Shown one piece after another: positions 48,545 to 61,873 of a DNA stretch of 63,847 nt. Position 1 is the first letter of the stretch; each line of letters starts with the position of its first letter. The position numbers and the translations under genes are program-made. The stretch lies in NCBI RefSeq assembly GCF_000181795.1, contig NW_003526948.1:1129597-1193443 (forward strand), in the 5' to 3' direction. The notes under the pieces were generated by a model. That model saw only the letters and a program-made list of their open reading frames with translations, was not told the DNA's origin and searched no databases. This DNA is from Trichinella spiralis. Taxonomy: Eukaryota.

Positions 48545-51500
48545 TTTATAAAACATCCATCCACGCATTCTATCTGCGATATTTTCAGAATTGATCATCG
48601 TAAAAATTTGATTCGTAAAAAATATTAAATTTTTACTTTCAGAATACATACAGCTTGTTCAGCTTTTGGTGATTGCATTGCTCGAACAGCTTTGATTTGC
48701 CACATTCTATTCCAATTCTATTTAGCCCTTTAACGCAGATCCGTTTGTTGTAAGCGTTGATCGCTTGATTGCGACTTTGCATCCGGTATTTTGGCACATC
48801 TTTCTGCATCTTTATTTTATCCGCCTGAGTTCTTATTATTATTTATCATTATTTTCTTCTCTTCCCTGCTTTACCTGTGTGCAGTGAACGGTGGTGATTG
48901 AACAGGGTTTTGGGAAATGTTGATTGCTTGATTGTTGCTGCTTCACTTTTACAAGTCCATTTCTTGTATTTCAATAAATATTTTAAAAAATGGAAAAACA
49001 TGTTAATATTGTCTGTTTAAGAGTATAAAAAATTAACGCAAAAATTTTACATTCTAAAATTGAGATAAAATTCAAGGAACAATATATTAGGCGTTATTGA
49101 TGTACTCAAATAAAATCGTCACAACACCAGCTGAGACAAATGATTCGTCGAAAACAAAATTAATACGAGATATTAAATTAAGAACTAAGTCAAAAATATG
49201 AAATATTCGAATATTTAGTATCGCGAGTCCCGATTGCAGACAGTTTGAATAATATGAAAATCAAGTAATATTATATCAAAGCTAACGTTACGCGGCCACA
49301 AAAAGTTGTCTATCAAGAAATATCTTCTAAATAAAATAAACATATAATAATTTAATTGAGAAATGCAACTTAATTAAAATAAAATAAAATATGATTAACA
49401 TTCAAGTTTTTTTAAGCACATTAAATAACAGTTTTAATTTTGTTTCTTATTTAGTTTAAGTATTTGCAGCAGTTTAACAGAAAGTATTTAAAAAATAATT
49501 AAAAATCTTATTTCATTGAAAAACAAATTAATTTTACATCTATAAAATGTTGAAAAGTGGTTTTGTATGAAATATACTTTTAAGAACTTGTTTCAGTTTT
49601 TCCATTTTTAAACACAACAAAACTACAGTATGCTATAGTCAATCTTTTTTTATTTAATGTCACGGTGTATCAATTGAAATTTTTTAACCCAATTGAAAAT
49701 TTTACGACATTAAATAATTTTTTTAATTGATACAATAAAATTTTATGCAGAATACGATTTTCACTTTGTACACACGGGAATAAAAGATTTCTTTTATCAC
49801 TGAATTAGTAATTGAAATATGTCATGTTTTACAATGTGATTTCGATCATATAATAGACTTTAGTTATTCGAAGTGATTATAATATGTAAATTATGTTTAC
49901 CAAATGTCTGGTTTTGAACTATTTAAGCAACGAATTTGATCTTGTGTTTCTTTACTGTAGTACTGTCATTACCTGGCCTGTTATTATTTTTGAATATGAG
50001 GAGTCGTGTACATGTAGCATACGGTAAGGTTTGTGTTTTGAAGAAGGTGCGCATAGTTTTCACTGACATTTGCACATTGAAATGAATTTTTAAATAAATT
50101 TGTTTGATGCATCAGTTTTGAATTTACACAATAAATATGGATTGAGAGCTTTGAAGTGTTATTTTGAAAACGAATATGCAATAGAAAACATTTTCTGCTG
50201 CTCACTGTTAACCTTGAAGCACTAATTAAAAAAATGAATTCCAATTGAATAGAATTGTAAGTTTAACATATTGTATGTCATCTGCAATGTTGCATTCAAC
50301 GCATGCTTAGCGTATGTTCATGATTTATGATTGCACTGGCAAAACCAAAACTGCTGCTAACGTTTGACATCAACTTTAAATAGCAAAACTAACCAAAGCG
50401 AAATACAGTTTTTTGTTTATTTCTGCCTTTGACACTGCATAATTTAATTGATTTATGTTGAAATTAATCGTTTTGATAGTGTTCTGCATGAAATGGCTAT
50501 ATGCTGCAAGAATGAGGCGACGTTAGTTGGTTTCATTTTAATTTCCTTATACAGAAATCTTTCAATTTTTCTCTTATTGTGATCACTGATGTCCTAATTT
50601 GAAATATCTTTCTGATATCGATGCCGAAATGTTAGTTTTGTCATTGTTTTAATTACGATAAAAAAATCAAATAGTGTAATATGCTTTGCGATTAGCAGTT
50701 CTCATATCGATTTGCAAAGTATTTAGTTCATTTTAACCGGCTTTGTTAATTTATTCTTTTAATGTTGTGATTGATTGCTTCGTTTCGGAAACAACAACAT
50801 TATTTATTTAATTGCATTTTCTAGTATAGATTTTTTGCGCTGTTCACTTTGGCCATGAATTGTTGTTAAACATTGGCTTGGTTTGGTGGACAGACAGGCA
50901 GACAGTACGTTCGTGATCACCTTTGTTAAAGCTAATGGGTAATAAACAAAACAATGCATTTGTCTATTTGAACAATAATAGCAGCTTTTTTGCCCGATAG
51001 TTGAATCTGATTTGCAGTGAAATTTTCTCTTTGCCATTGCAATATCTTGTTTTCAGTTGGTATTCAATTTTTTGATGGTTTTATTTTTTTTCATATGGCA
51101 CAGTTATTTCCTGTATAATACGTGGAATGTTTGTTTTGGATGCGGCAAGCTGAAGTGTGTGTATTTGTGCAATCTTTCATTGTTCACTTTATTTTTTGAC
51201 TGCTTGTAAATGACAATTAATTATTGTTAGTTTGATTATATTTTTTTAAATTTTATGTTAATTTTTGCGGTTATGTGGTTTATTAATTTACGCGTGATAT
51301 GTTCAGTTAGGCTTTTGTTGAGCTGAGTATAAAGCAAGCTTGCAGTGTTGTTCTCGTTTGCGGTGCAATTGATACGGTCGACCGTGTCATTGACTTCAGC
51401 TGATTGTATCTTAGTTGGCAAATATTAGATTTTCACCAAACACGGATGGTTTGTGTTAGACGGGATTGTTGTGTCAGAATTACTTTCGGAAGCAAGTAGC

Positions 51501-52177
51501 TCTCGTTTAAATTATGTTAACTAGCAGTTTTGAAGGTGTAACAAGTTTCCGTCCGGTTTACAAAAGCAAACAAGTTGCAATTGAATGCAGCAAGCAACCT
51601 GTTGAATAAAACGGACTTTTTCGTTTGTGGAAATGATTTTTGAAAGCTTAAATTTTACTGTAATTTTTTTTGAAATGTAGATTACGTATGCATGTTTGTA
51701 ATTTGAAAAGATTTCCTGTTGAAAATGTTGAATTTGACTTTTTTTTTACGACTTTTGCTAAGCATCGACGTCGTCCAATCAGAAATATATTCCAAGCGAA
51801 GCAGCTTCATTGGCATTGTGTTATTTTGGTCGTGTTTGCGCTGACGTTCATTATTTCGCATTCTTTTCTACGAGAACATGACAGTTGTGCTTTTTTTTCT
51901 TTCTTCCTTACAATTTATTATTGTAGTTTTTTACTTTTGCAACGGTGTTATTCACCAAAATCAACTTTGCATTGGTTGTGTTTAGCATGGCAAAAGAATT
52001 GTTCTGTTTGTTAGCATTCTTCAGATGACCTTTCGTGCAAGGTATTCGAACAATTCTCGTTGAATTTCGTTTGAAAGTGTTGATTCGTTTTGCTCGTATA
52101 TACGGTTTTGATTGCAAATTACAAAGATTTTGTTTAAGGCTGGTCTTTTCAACTTCATTTTCAAGCATCTTGATCAC

Positions 52178-54795
52178 ATGCGCTGTTGGCCAAACTGTGA
52201 CACAAGCAGTTACACTATATTCAATCAAAGTACAGGTGTGTTTGTTTGGATATATTTATTTTCTTAATGTAATTTTGTATTTGAATGTTTATTTATTTAT
52301 TTGTTTTGTTTTATCATATAAATTTTAGATAATTCAGTATTGCATGCTGCTAATTCCGCATGCAGAACAGTCGACTGCCCGAAAGAGCAAGTGGAAAGTG
52401 AAGGTCAAATGGTGGCCAACGGCCAGTCGAATAATGCATTTCGAACTCTTGGACATGTGGAAACGCCCAGTTACACGTTCACTTTGCCCGATTTGTCCGT
52501 TTTTCCAGACGATTTTCGCAACTATTTGGAAAAAGATCTAATCGAAACATCATCCTTAAAATCACTCGAAAGTTCCGGTATTGAATTTTTTATTTTTACA
52601 CTGCAGTTTGCTGATTGGAATCTTATTTTGAACAAAAGAGACAGCTTTGGGATGAATTAATTTATTAATTTATTTATTTGAATAGGACATTTGAATTGGT
52701 GGGCTGCAGAAGGCGAGTGTCAAAAACTCTGGCCATTGGCAACCAATGGTGATGGTAATTGTTTGCTTCATGCTGCATCGCTGGGTACATTTCCGAAAGC
52801 TGCATATTTTTTATTAATTATCTAATTTATTTCAATTAGGAATGTGGGGTTTTCATGATCGTTTTTTGATGCTTCGCAAAGCGTTGCATTTGTTGCTAAC
52901 TCGGGGTAGTCGTCGTCATGCGTTGCGACGACGTTGGCGTTGGCAGCAGACTATTGAAAATCGACAGGTTAATTCTTTTTCTTTTGTCTATTATGCAATA
53001 TTTACTGTTTTTTTTTGGTTATTATCAATTTTTGCTATTTAGTCTGGTTTGGTATTCTCTGAAGAGGAATGGTGCCGAGAGTGGGATTTGATTGTTCAAA
53101 TTGCATCGCCAATGGCGAGAACAAAGAAAACCTTGCCTAATCGTTATGAAAACGATGAAAAGTAATTAATTAATTGTTTATTTTATTTTATTTTATTTAA
53201 ATGTGCCTTTCTTGACTAGAATGAATTCATATGACATTTATGAAAGTTTGGAATCAATACATGTATTTGCCTTGGCTCATGTGCTCAAGCGACCAATTGT
53301 TATAGTTTCGGATACTGTTTTGAGAGATATTTCTGGAGAAGCTTTATCTCCAATTATGTTTGGTGGTATTTACTTGCCTCTTGAATGTAGTCCATCTGAA
53401 TGTCACCGGTAAATTTAAGGAACATACCAATTCGAATAATTATTGTGAATTTTGTTTGTTATTAATTAGTTCACCGCTGGTTTTATGCTTTGATACTGCC
53501 CATTTTTCTGCGTTAGTTGCTATGCAAAAGAAGAATCCTGATAAAGATATTCCAGGTTTGTTAAGTGAAATGCATCACCGTTGTAGTTTTCGAAAAAAAA
53601 GACAGAATGTGTTTTATTTGAATTGGATTTTGCTTTTTTAGCCATCATTCCGATAACTTATCCAGATCGAACGTTGCTTCCTTTGCATTTTGCCAGCGAT
53701 CCGGGACCAGACTTTACATGGTGGAAAGATCATGCGGATGTGAAAATAGCAAAATCAGCCGAGTTGACCAGTGACAGTCAACTGCAACTGATCACACGCT
53801 ATATGGACGTGGTCAAGGTACCGGTGAAACGGCGCCGATCGACCGGCCTGGTCGAGCCAGGATTGGATTGCGCAAGAAAGAAGTGTTGGCCGAGATCTGT
53901 GGTTGGTAATGTATTGCTGGATGGTTCCAAGGAGAAGCTTTGCAAGCTGCGTCAGCGTTTCAAACGTCGTCGCACACGCGAATTTTTGTTGGGCGCAGCA
54001 AGTGGGCTGGTGAATGCGGATCCGTCGACTGCACTGTTGTTGTCCACAGACGAGGTGCGCAAAGCGGAAACGATTTTCGGCGCCCAAATCGGCACATCGG
54101 CCCATCACCAACTGATGGACGAGATGATCAACAGCTACTTGAAAACGGCAAAATTGCGTTTCGAGCAGCAACGAGATGGAAGGCCAACCAGCCGACGGGA
54201 GCGATTCAGCGGTGATCTGAGCAATGGTCGTTTCACGTTCTCTTGCATCAATGGTGCTTGTAGTCAGCCTGCATCTCATGAGACCAACTTTCTCTGCAGG
54301 CAGTGCTTTGAGATGCAAACGCAGATATTGGAAAGTTTCACCGCTGCCGCAGCAGCCGCTGCTCACCAGGACCATTCCGATTCAAACAGTGCTTCTAACA
54401 ATGAATCATCGTCATCGGCGGACCAACTCCAGCCCAACAGCTGTCGAATAGCAACAAATTCCAAATTTTACATTGATCTGTCCACGTCCAGTACTGCATC
54501 GTGTCCGAGCGGCGGTTCGTCGTCACCGACTGCTTGTAGCGAAGCGTCGAGCGTGCTTCCAGCAGCTCCACAGTCTCGTTTGACTGTTTTGCATTTCGAT
54601 CCGAAGCCACCGTTGGATCGACGTTCCTCAGCTGAACTGAAATACAAAGTGACAAGGCATGTGGACTCGAATGGAGTGACGCGTTACAGGGTTTCTGAAT
54701 TTGGCGAACAACTGTTCTGTAACAACCGCTTCTGCTCACGATTCTGTGCTGGTCATACGCAACCATGCGGTTTTTGCACAATTACACGCATGTAG
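52178..54795 (+). CDS. A20-family OTU deubiquitinase (OTUD7/Cezanne-like) with A20-type zinc finger(s); ~693 aa, start tentative
   Basis: Exons 52178-52235 (tentative), 52329-52577, 52686-52784, 52840-52967, 53043-53161, 53220-53408, 53470-53555, 53642-54795 total 2082 nt in frame. Catalytic Cys box [44 protein letters not shown]; His box [12 protein letters not shown]4-C-X11-C-X2-C finger at 54244-54306. Confidence 0.92.
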
Positions 54796-55473
54796 CAATC
54801 CACATTACCGCTGCGCTGCTTGCCTGCGTCAATATATTTATCTATCTCCTTCTGAGGCAGGTACGTTTATTTCACATTTTATTTATAACTTTCTGAATCT
54901 TATTTTATAAATTATGTCATCATTTTTTTCTGCATCAATGAAAAAAAATGATCGCTATTCTCACGATTAGCGACATGCTCATCTTGCGTTATTCCATCAA
55001 AATCACAATTCATCAGTGTATGCATTTTCTTCAGCTTATTGCCAATTGTAGTGTAAAATATGATTTTTAGAATTGTGAACCTTTTTGGGGAAAAAATTAA
55101 TTAAATATTAATTAATGGAAGTGTTGAAAAGGTTTACTTTTGTACGACTAAGATTTTCACCACTTTCTCAACATCACAGACCAATGTCTAACAGACATTT
55201 ATCGCGCAGTTTTGGAAATCAATTAATCTTTTATTATAATGATTGAAAAATTCTCTCTTGTTCAATAGGAATTTTATTCAAAAAACTAGCATCCATAGAT
55301 GTTTTTTATTCTTATCCATCATAAAACTATTAATACGAGGTAAAACGAAATGTTTGTTTTAAATAGTTCTTCGTATTCAATCCAACGTTTGCAAGATTAT
55401 CACAACTCTAGTTAGGAGTAGGTATTTTCGTCACTTCCCGACATCCTAGAATAACAATCGTTCATTATTATTA

Positions 55474-57226
55474 CTATCGCTGGTGAAAATGAAAAAATAA
55501 ATTTGTTTATCACGAATAATTATCGTGGAATAAAATTATTCGGTGAAAATTGTGAATATTTGCATTACCTTGTTAATGAGAGAAATAGTTGTTCGACATT
55601 CGAGAACTTGTTGCGCGTCCTGAACCTGTAAATAATAGTACTTTAAAATAATGCTGTGACACGTATAAATTTCAGAGCATTTTTTTGAACAGAAAATGTT
55701 GAAATTAAATTTCGAAGTTATTCATGGAAGAAATTGTTATTTCATTATCCCCTGATATGTTTATACTAACGAAGTGTACCTCATTATCATGCAAATCGCC
55801 GAAATTTTCAATTTTGTCTTTACTTGTTGTCGGTTGGTTCATCGGATATTCCTTGCGATGAACGTACGACAAATGGTTACCAAGCGATATCTTGCTTCTG
55901 AAATGCATCGGGCAAATGGGACATAAAGTTTCTTCAAAATTCTCATGCATTTTTATGTGCGCCTAAGCAAACAGTGTAAAAGTTATAATTTCTATTGGAC
56001 AATTTTGATATCTTTTCTTCATTGCATTTGGGAAACGTATTTCATTGAAATAATTTACATTCCAATAATAACGTACTAAAAGCACAAATCTTTATTATTT
56101 TTATATTAAAGAAGCCCTTTATATTAATAGAACAAAATGTTAAATTTCGATAAAACAGAGACTGGTTAGATGATGTTTTAACCAGATGATTGTCTATCTT
56201 ACTTTTAAATGGTGTTTTGATTTCAAAGTCTTACTGCAGGTTAAACACTGATATTGTATTTTTTGTCCATTTGAAAGAACTACATCAAAATGCTCCTGCA
56301 TCATCTGAAACAAAAGTAAAACAGTTCTCGATTAATTAAAAATTGTTACCCATTTATTATGAAAATTTTCTTGCTAAAGTTTGGTTAAGCTTAAGTTTTA
56401 CTTACGTTTATTCTATCTTGTTTCTTTTCGTGAGTTCGCATGTGAAACTCTAAGTTGGCTTGGGTTTGGAAATACAAAGAACACACCTTGCATTCCAAAT
56501 TCCAAGGATGTTCTTCTTTTTCGTGTTTCCTCCGTAAAGAATTGCTGCTGAAATATTTATTGCAGATGTTGCACTGAACGGAATCAGAATTTGCAACTGG
56601 GACTGCCTGAACTATTCCATCCCTACAGTAGTACAAGCTTACAGAAAGAAGTTATCATAGGAGAAGAAAAGTATTAAATTGTTTCCATAATGCATCAAAT
56701 TGTAAAATCAGCTAAAATCTTTTAAGCAGATTAATAATAACATTTCATATTTTCAAGCAATAATGATAACCGTCTAGGAAATTTAAATGTAAATTCAATA
56801 TCTTGATTAAATAATATATCAGATTTTATATTTTAATTACTTTAGTACAGCATAAGACGAACCAGTGGTTATGAAAAAATGAAAAAAAAGCATATATGCA
56901 CCGTTCAGTTATAACTGCGATGTATAAAGTGTGGTTTTATTCTTATTTTGATTTAATTTAATTTTAATACAATTTTTATGTAAGGATTTGACAAAAACTC
57001 ACCTTTCCGTGATGGTTGCTGTTTCATTATTCAGTGGAACGCTCTGTTCATTCTAAAATAAAATTATTAATCAATTAAAAAAAACTTAAATAATGAGCAA
57101 TAAAAATGTACAATAATATATCGAGCCAAATAATACTTTGAAGTCAGTCTATTAATTTTCGTACCTTCATATTCAGTAAAATAAATAAAATATATGTAAA
57201 ACTATACAAAAATTATAATTACATCC

Positions 57227-57263
<37 letters not shown>

Positions 57264-57527
57264 TTATTTATTTATTTATATGTATAATTGTAATGAACGT
57301 TATTTTTAAAATGTTTTCTGACTACCTGCGTGATTTGATACTGTATAATCAGATTACAGATTAAAATTATCTTTATTTCCTACTTCAACGTATTTAATAC
57401 AAACCGACAAATGTTGAGACTGATTTTCAGCCACCAATGAAATGATGCCATTTTTTTTCTGTACGGTCGTCGCCGTACTGTTACTCACTCGATTGTTAAC
57501 TTGTGATTCAAGATTTTTCCGATCCAT
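55474..57527 (-). CDS. C2H2 zinc-finger protein with four fingers (~255 aa; 5' structure tentative)
   Basis: Exons 57527-57405, 57340-57326, 57052-57003, 56637-56406, 56304-56203, 55962-55780, 55625-55569, 55479-55474 total 768 nt in frame. Fingers CNIC..HEKEEH, CKVC..HMRTH, CLTC..HIKMH (split by an intron) and CPIC..HLSYVH. Confidence 0.8.
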
Positions 57528-59313
57528 TTAAAATGAAGGGTTTATTTATGATTCCGGCGGGTTATAACAGTTTGTAGCAACGCTTTTATATCACAGCTAA
57601 CTTTAAATTTTACTTTATATTAAAACATAACTTCTAATAAGAATTAAAAAATAACGGTAATACTGTAAAAATTACAGCCGATAATTGAACAGCAATCGTC
57701 AATTAGAACTTACAGCTGATTAATGTACTGAATATTGCATGTGCTTCATACATATGATGAAAATGAATGATAAAATTGAAGGAAATTAGTTTAATTTAAT
57801 TTAATTTAATTAAGGTTAACAGTTATCTGTCGTTCTACGTTTATCATATAAGTGCTGGAATTGAAGAAATCATTTGAACGAAATTTAATCATAAATAAAT
57901 AAATGTAATCGATTACCTGGACAGAAGGATCGACGGCGTAAGTGAACGGAGATTTTTCGTTATTCATAATCGCACAATGATATCCGCACCGAACTCGCTG
58001 AGAAATGATGTAACCACGTCCCTCAATTCGTGAAGTTACTGTGTGGTATGATCTTCATTCACGTGTACTGTAATAATTTTCTAAACACGAAAATTTTATA
58101 TTTGTACAATAAAAGTTTGTTTAAAAAAATTTTTTTTAATTATTTTTATTTTTATTTTATAGTAGTATTTTTTTATTTTTTAAAAATTTCAATCTTTTAC
58201 CTTTTTTTAAGTAAAATATGACGATATGGATAAACCTGAAAATCAGGTGTTCCATGTGATTTACAAAATCCCCAATACATTGGCTTATTAAGCTTGGCTT
58301 CGGATTGGCCAAATTTTCTTTGATTTGATTAGTCAGAGTTTTGTTATATGGCTACGTGGACTTGGCTTGAACTTGATGTTACAATTTGAATGAGTCAATT
58401 GGTGTCCATTGCCGGTGAAGTGTTGGAGTTGTGGAATGAGCTTACCTCACTGATTCCGCAGTATAGGTGTAGATTGCCACCAACCTTATAAACTGCGGAC
58501 ATTGGAAAACTTTTTAGAACTATTAATGTGAGTTATGTAGGTAGAAACTACAAATACAATTTCAAATGAGAATTTGCCAACTGATATGTCGAAAGGGGTT
58601 GTAGAAGTCGAACTAGGAATTGGTTTAACTACATTTATAATGAAAATTTCATTCTCTCAGCGATGCTTACTATTGATGTGGTTTTGAAAATTCGATGAAG
58701 CGTTGTCATTTTTCGACAATTTTAGATTGACAATGGAAACCATTTAAGAAGAGGTATTGCTTTGTTTATGATGTATATTATGTAGAAGAGGGCACGTATT
58801 TTCAAGGTAAGGAAGTGAACATTTTAGCCGTAAATAGTGTTGTCAATGCGCTCAGCCAATTTCATCATCTGCACATAATTTTTAGAAAGATCACTTTCCG
58901 TTTTTACCAAAATGAAGTAAATAACAGTTGACTGATTATCGACGAATAGTTTTGTATGCTATGCTCAGTAAATTGAGTGATGATTTTGCCTTTGATATGT
59001 CTGATTATGGTAGCAGAAGTTTTGAAATTGTACTAAATTTGAAGTTCAGCACAGGATGCTCATTGATATTATTTGAGCACTGATAAGACTGTCACTATCT
59101 GAGCGTGAGAAAATAACATATGCCTGGACGCTGATAGTTTTGATTAGCGCTCAGCCTGCTAAACCATAAGCATTGTTAAGCAACTACTACTACGTCTTCG
59201 GTGAACTGTATGATTACCAGTCATACGCCATGACTACAGTCCCGGCAACAGTCATTCAGAAAGACGTATTAGGGAGATGTTGTGTTTTGAATAAGGCCAG
59301 GAATTGTATAACA

Positions 59314-60291
59314 CAGTGGAACTCTGATTATCGGAACACGAATTTTTTGGGGGTCTTTCAGATAATCAGACGTTTTCAGTTTTTTAAATTATATGTACCT
59401 AGTTGAAATGTTTATAGCTGTTATTCTCAATTAGTCGTTTAATAGTGGACATTCTGTTTATTATGCGACGTTATTTGCCCTTTACTCGCTTATATTGCCG
59501 GAGCGTTTATTAACACGGTCGATTGTATTTTTCAGCGCTACATTCAAAAAGCACCAAGTTTATTTTGTTTTATATTCTGTATAATCAGTAATAAGTTGCT
59601 TTTTCAAGGAATGCAGCTTCTTCTTTGCAGCGACATCGCCAATATGTCTCACTAGCATCAGGTGAGTAGCGCTGAATTTTTTTAAGCTGCTCCTTTCAGT
59701 TCGAGCCGAATTTGAAGGAACAATAGGCATCTGAATGGCTCAGCCTCCCACATTTGGTTTATCAGACACATCGCTGTCTTCAGTTTTATTTTTTTACCCG
59801 CGATCTTCATCCCGCAATGACTTAAATTTCTTGAACATTTCTATTACAGTTGGAAAGTCATCATCACAGTGTGTTGATCGGTTTACACATTCTTCATTGT
59901 AACCAATACCTTTATTCAATGATGCGCGCGTAGTAGATCTGAAATCGAGTCCCACGCATGCGCAATCATATAGCAGCATCTTTCCCGTTCATGCTCTTAA
60001 GATGTGCCACCAGATCGCCTCCGTCAGCTTTTGAAAGGACAGTTCTTTGCAAGAGTTCTTCCTGTATCACGATAGATATCTGAAATTGTGGACAGACCGA
60101 CACGAAAACTTTCAGCAATTTTTCTGAACGACTCACCGCTCTCCACCACTCTAGACACGCTTCTAATTTTTGCTCTAAACTGGAAACCTTTCTGTTTCTA
60201 GTAGTAGGCATACCGGACATAAAAATTAGCCAAGAACAGAATGATACAGTATTATTAAAATGCAGGTTGTCAGATAATCAGAGTTGTACTG
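59314..60291 (-). mobile_element. Internally deleted pogo/Tigger-type (Tc1/mariner superfamily) DNA transposon relic, 978 bp
   Basis: TIRs CAGTGGAACTCTGATTATC (59314) and, reverse-complemented, CAGTACAACTCTGATTATC (ending 60291) match at 17/19. TA follows the right end and CA precedes the left. A subterminal inverted copy sits at 59359-59370. Frameshifted transposase fragments: HTH RKVSSLEQKLEAC/RVVESGESFRKIAESFRVGLSTISDI and C-terminal AAKKKLHSLKKQLITDY. Confidence 0.88.
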
Positions 60292-60437
60292 TATTGTAGA
60301 ATAGATTTATAAAATAGAGGCGTGATATGTACCTGCACGTCACTTGAAATACCGTTTTATTATAGTAGGTAGGGATTCGGGTGCTGTTTTGTTTCTGTAT
60401 TCACAAAGTCTGTAGGTAGTGCATGTAATTTTTTATA

Positions 60438-60441
<4 letters not shown>

Positions 60442-60528
<87 letters not shown>
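60442..60528. repeat. Compound (TA)n(TG)n microsatellite
   Basis: Directly visible. Confidence 0.95.
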
Positions 60529-60529
<1 letters not shown>

Positions 60530-61201
60530 GTTTTTTAATGGGTTGTTCTTTTTTTTCATGCTATAATAGTTGTTTTTTATCTTCTTATAAAAGGGGTTTT
60601 TGAAATTTAAATAATTGCACTGCATTATCATAAACACAATGAGGTAAACTATATTGATATATTTGTTATTCAAAATTATTTTAAAATTTAAGGGTATTTT
60701 TGTTAAATCTTGTGTTTGCTAACTGTGGAACTTATAATTTATTTCGGTAGATTGACTTCATTTGAATTCTAATTTTTTTTGAACTTTAAAAAGTACTTTT
60801 ATAGTTTTATAGTTTTAAAAGCTTTTGATTGGCATTGTGTATTTTCATGTTGTATTCTTTCTGTAATAAATTTTATGCGCGTAAGTTTTCCTAAATAAAT
60901 TAATCAACGTTCAACTTAATTTTTTGGGGAGTTATTAAATTGAAGTTATACTGTGAGACTGAACAGTTCAAAAGGCAGTAGTGTGATTTGTTATACTGCA
61001 TTATTTAAGGGAGAAAATTTAGCAAATGCGCTAAATTTGTCAGCAGTTTCTATCATGGTATTGAACATGATAAAACGTATTTTTAAATGTACACTTAGTA
61101 AATTTTCATTTAAAATTTTTATGAGCAAAAGCTGTAAATAAATTTTAATAAAAGATTTATTTATATTAGAATTTCGTAATAATTTTATAAATTATTTTAT
61201 T

Positions 61202-61873
61202 TTAAAGGCTTGTTTTGTGTATACCACGAATGCGAAACACACGTTCACGTCTGTGCTTGGCGACGAGTAACAAAAGCACAATTGCGCTTATACCTTGAAA
61301 TGAAGTCTGTACAACGGCCAGCCAAAATGACCAGCCGAGTTTTGATCGTGATGCTCTGCTATCAACATTGCCAGTTTCAGCGTCTGCAACGTGTTGATGG
61401 AAAAAATGATATGAATACATACAGACTGCTGTTATTGAACAAATAAATCCAAAAAGTGCAATCACTGATCCAAATAAAAATGGATACGCTTTGCGACACC
61501 AAAGAGGCAAAGATAGTAGCAGAATTAGCATATTACAAATAACAGAAATTGCCATAAGCGTAATTATTACCACTTCCCACGTAGCATTGTGCGTCAGATG
61601 GTCCCAAGTGATAACTTGACGAAATTCCAGGTTTTTTAAACGTCCTTCAACAAAACGGTCTATGCATTTTTCTATATAAGTTCCGGGCGGAAGAACCGGA
61701 TATCGTAAATTGCATCGTTTCCACAAACCATTGTTCAGTCGATATACTTTGAAGTACAGAATCCACACCTCGTAAGACCAATAATTGGTCACGGTTGCAG
61801 CGATTCCAATGCAGACGGAAAACAGCGCCAGCACCAATGCAGGGGAAAGAATTAAATTTGAAGATGATTGCAT
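61202..61873 (-). CDS. Claudin/PMP22/EMP superfamily four-TM protein, intronless, 223 aa
   Basis: Four hydrophobic segments. Signature W...GLWKRC...C in the first extracellular loop, LGWSFWLAVV before TM4, and a C-terminal T-S-L. Confidence 0.87.
   Translation of the reverse strand: MQSSSNLILSPALVLALFSVCIGIAATVTNYWSYEVWILYFKVYRLNNGLWKRCNLRYPVLPPGTYIEKCIDRFVEGRLKNLEFRQVITWDHLTHNATWEVVIITLMAISVICNMLILLLSLPLWCRKAYPFLFGSVIALFGFICSITAVCMYSYHFFHQHVADAETGNVDSRASRSKLGWSFWLAVVQTSFQGISAIVLLLLVAKHRRERVFRIRGIHKTSL

Noticed and set aside
60401..60673. 90-aa ORF with TH/YI repeats
   Set aside because: Translation of a microsatellite.
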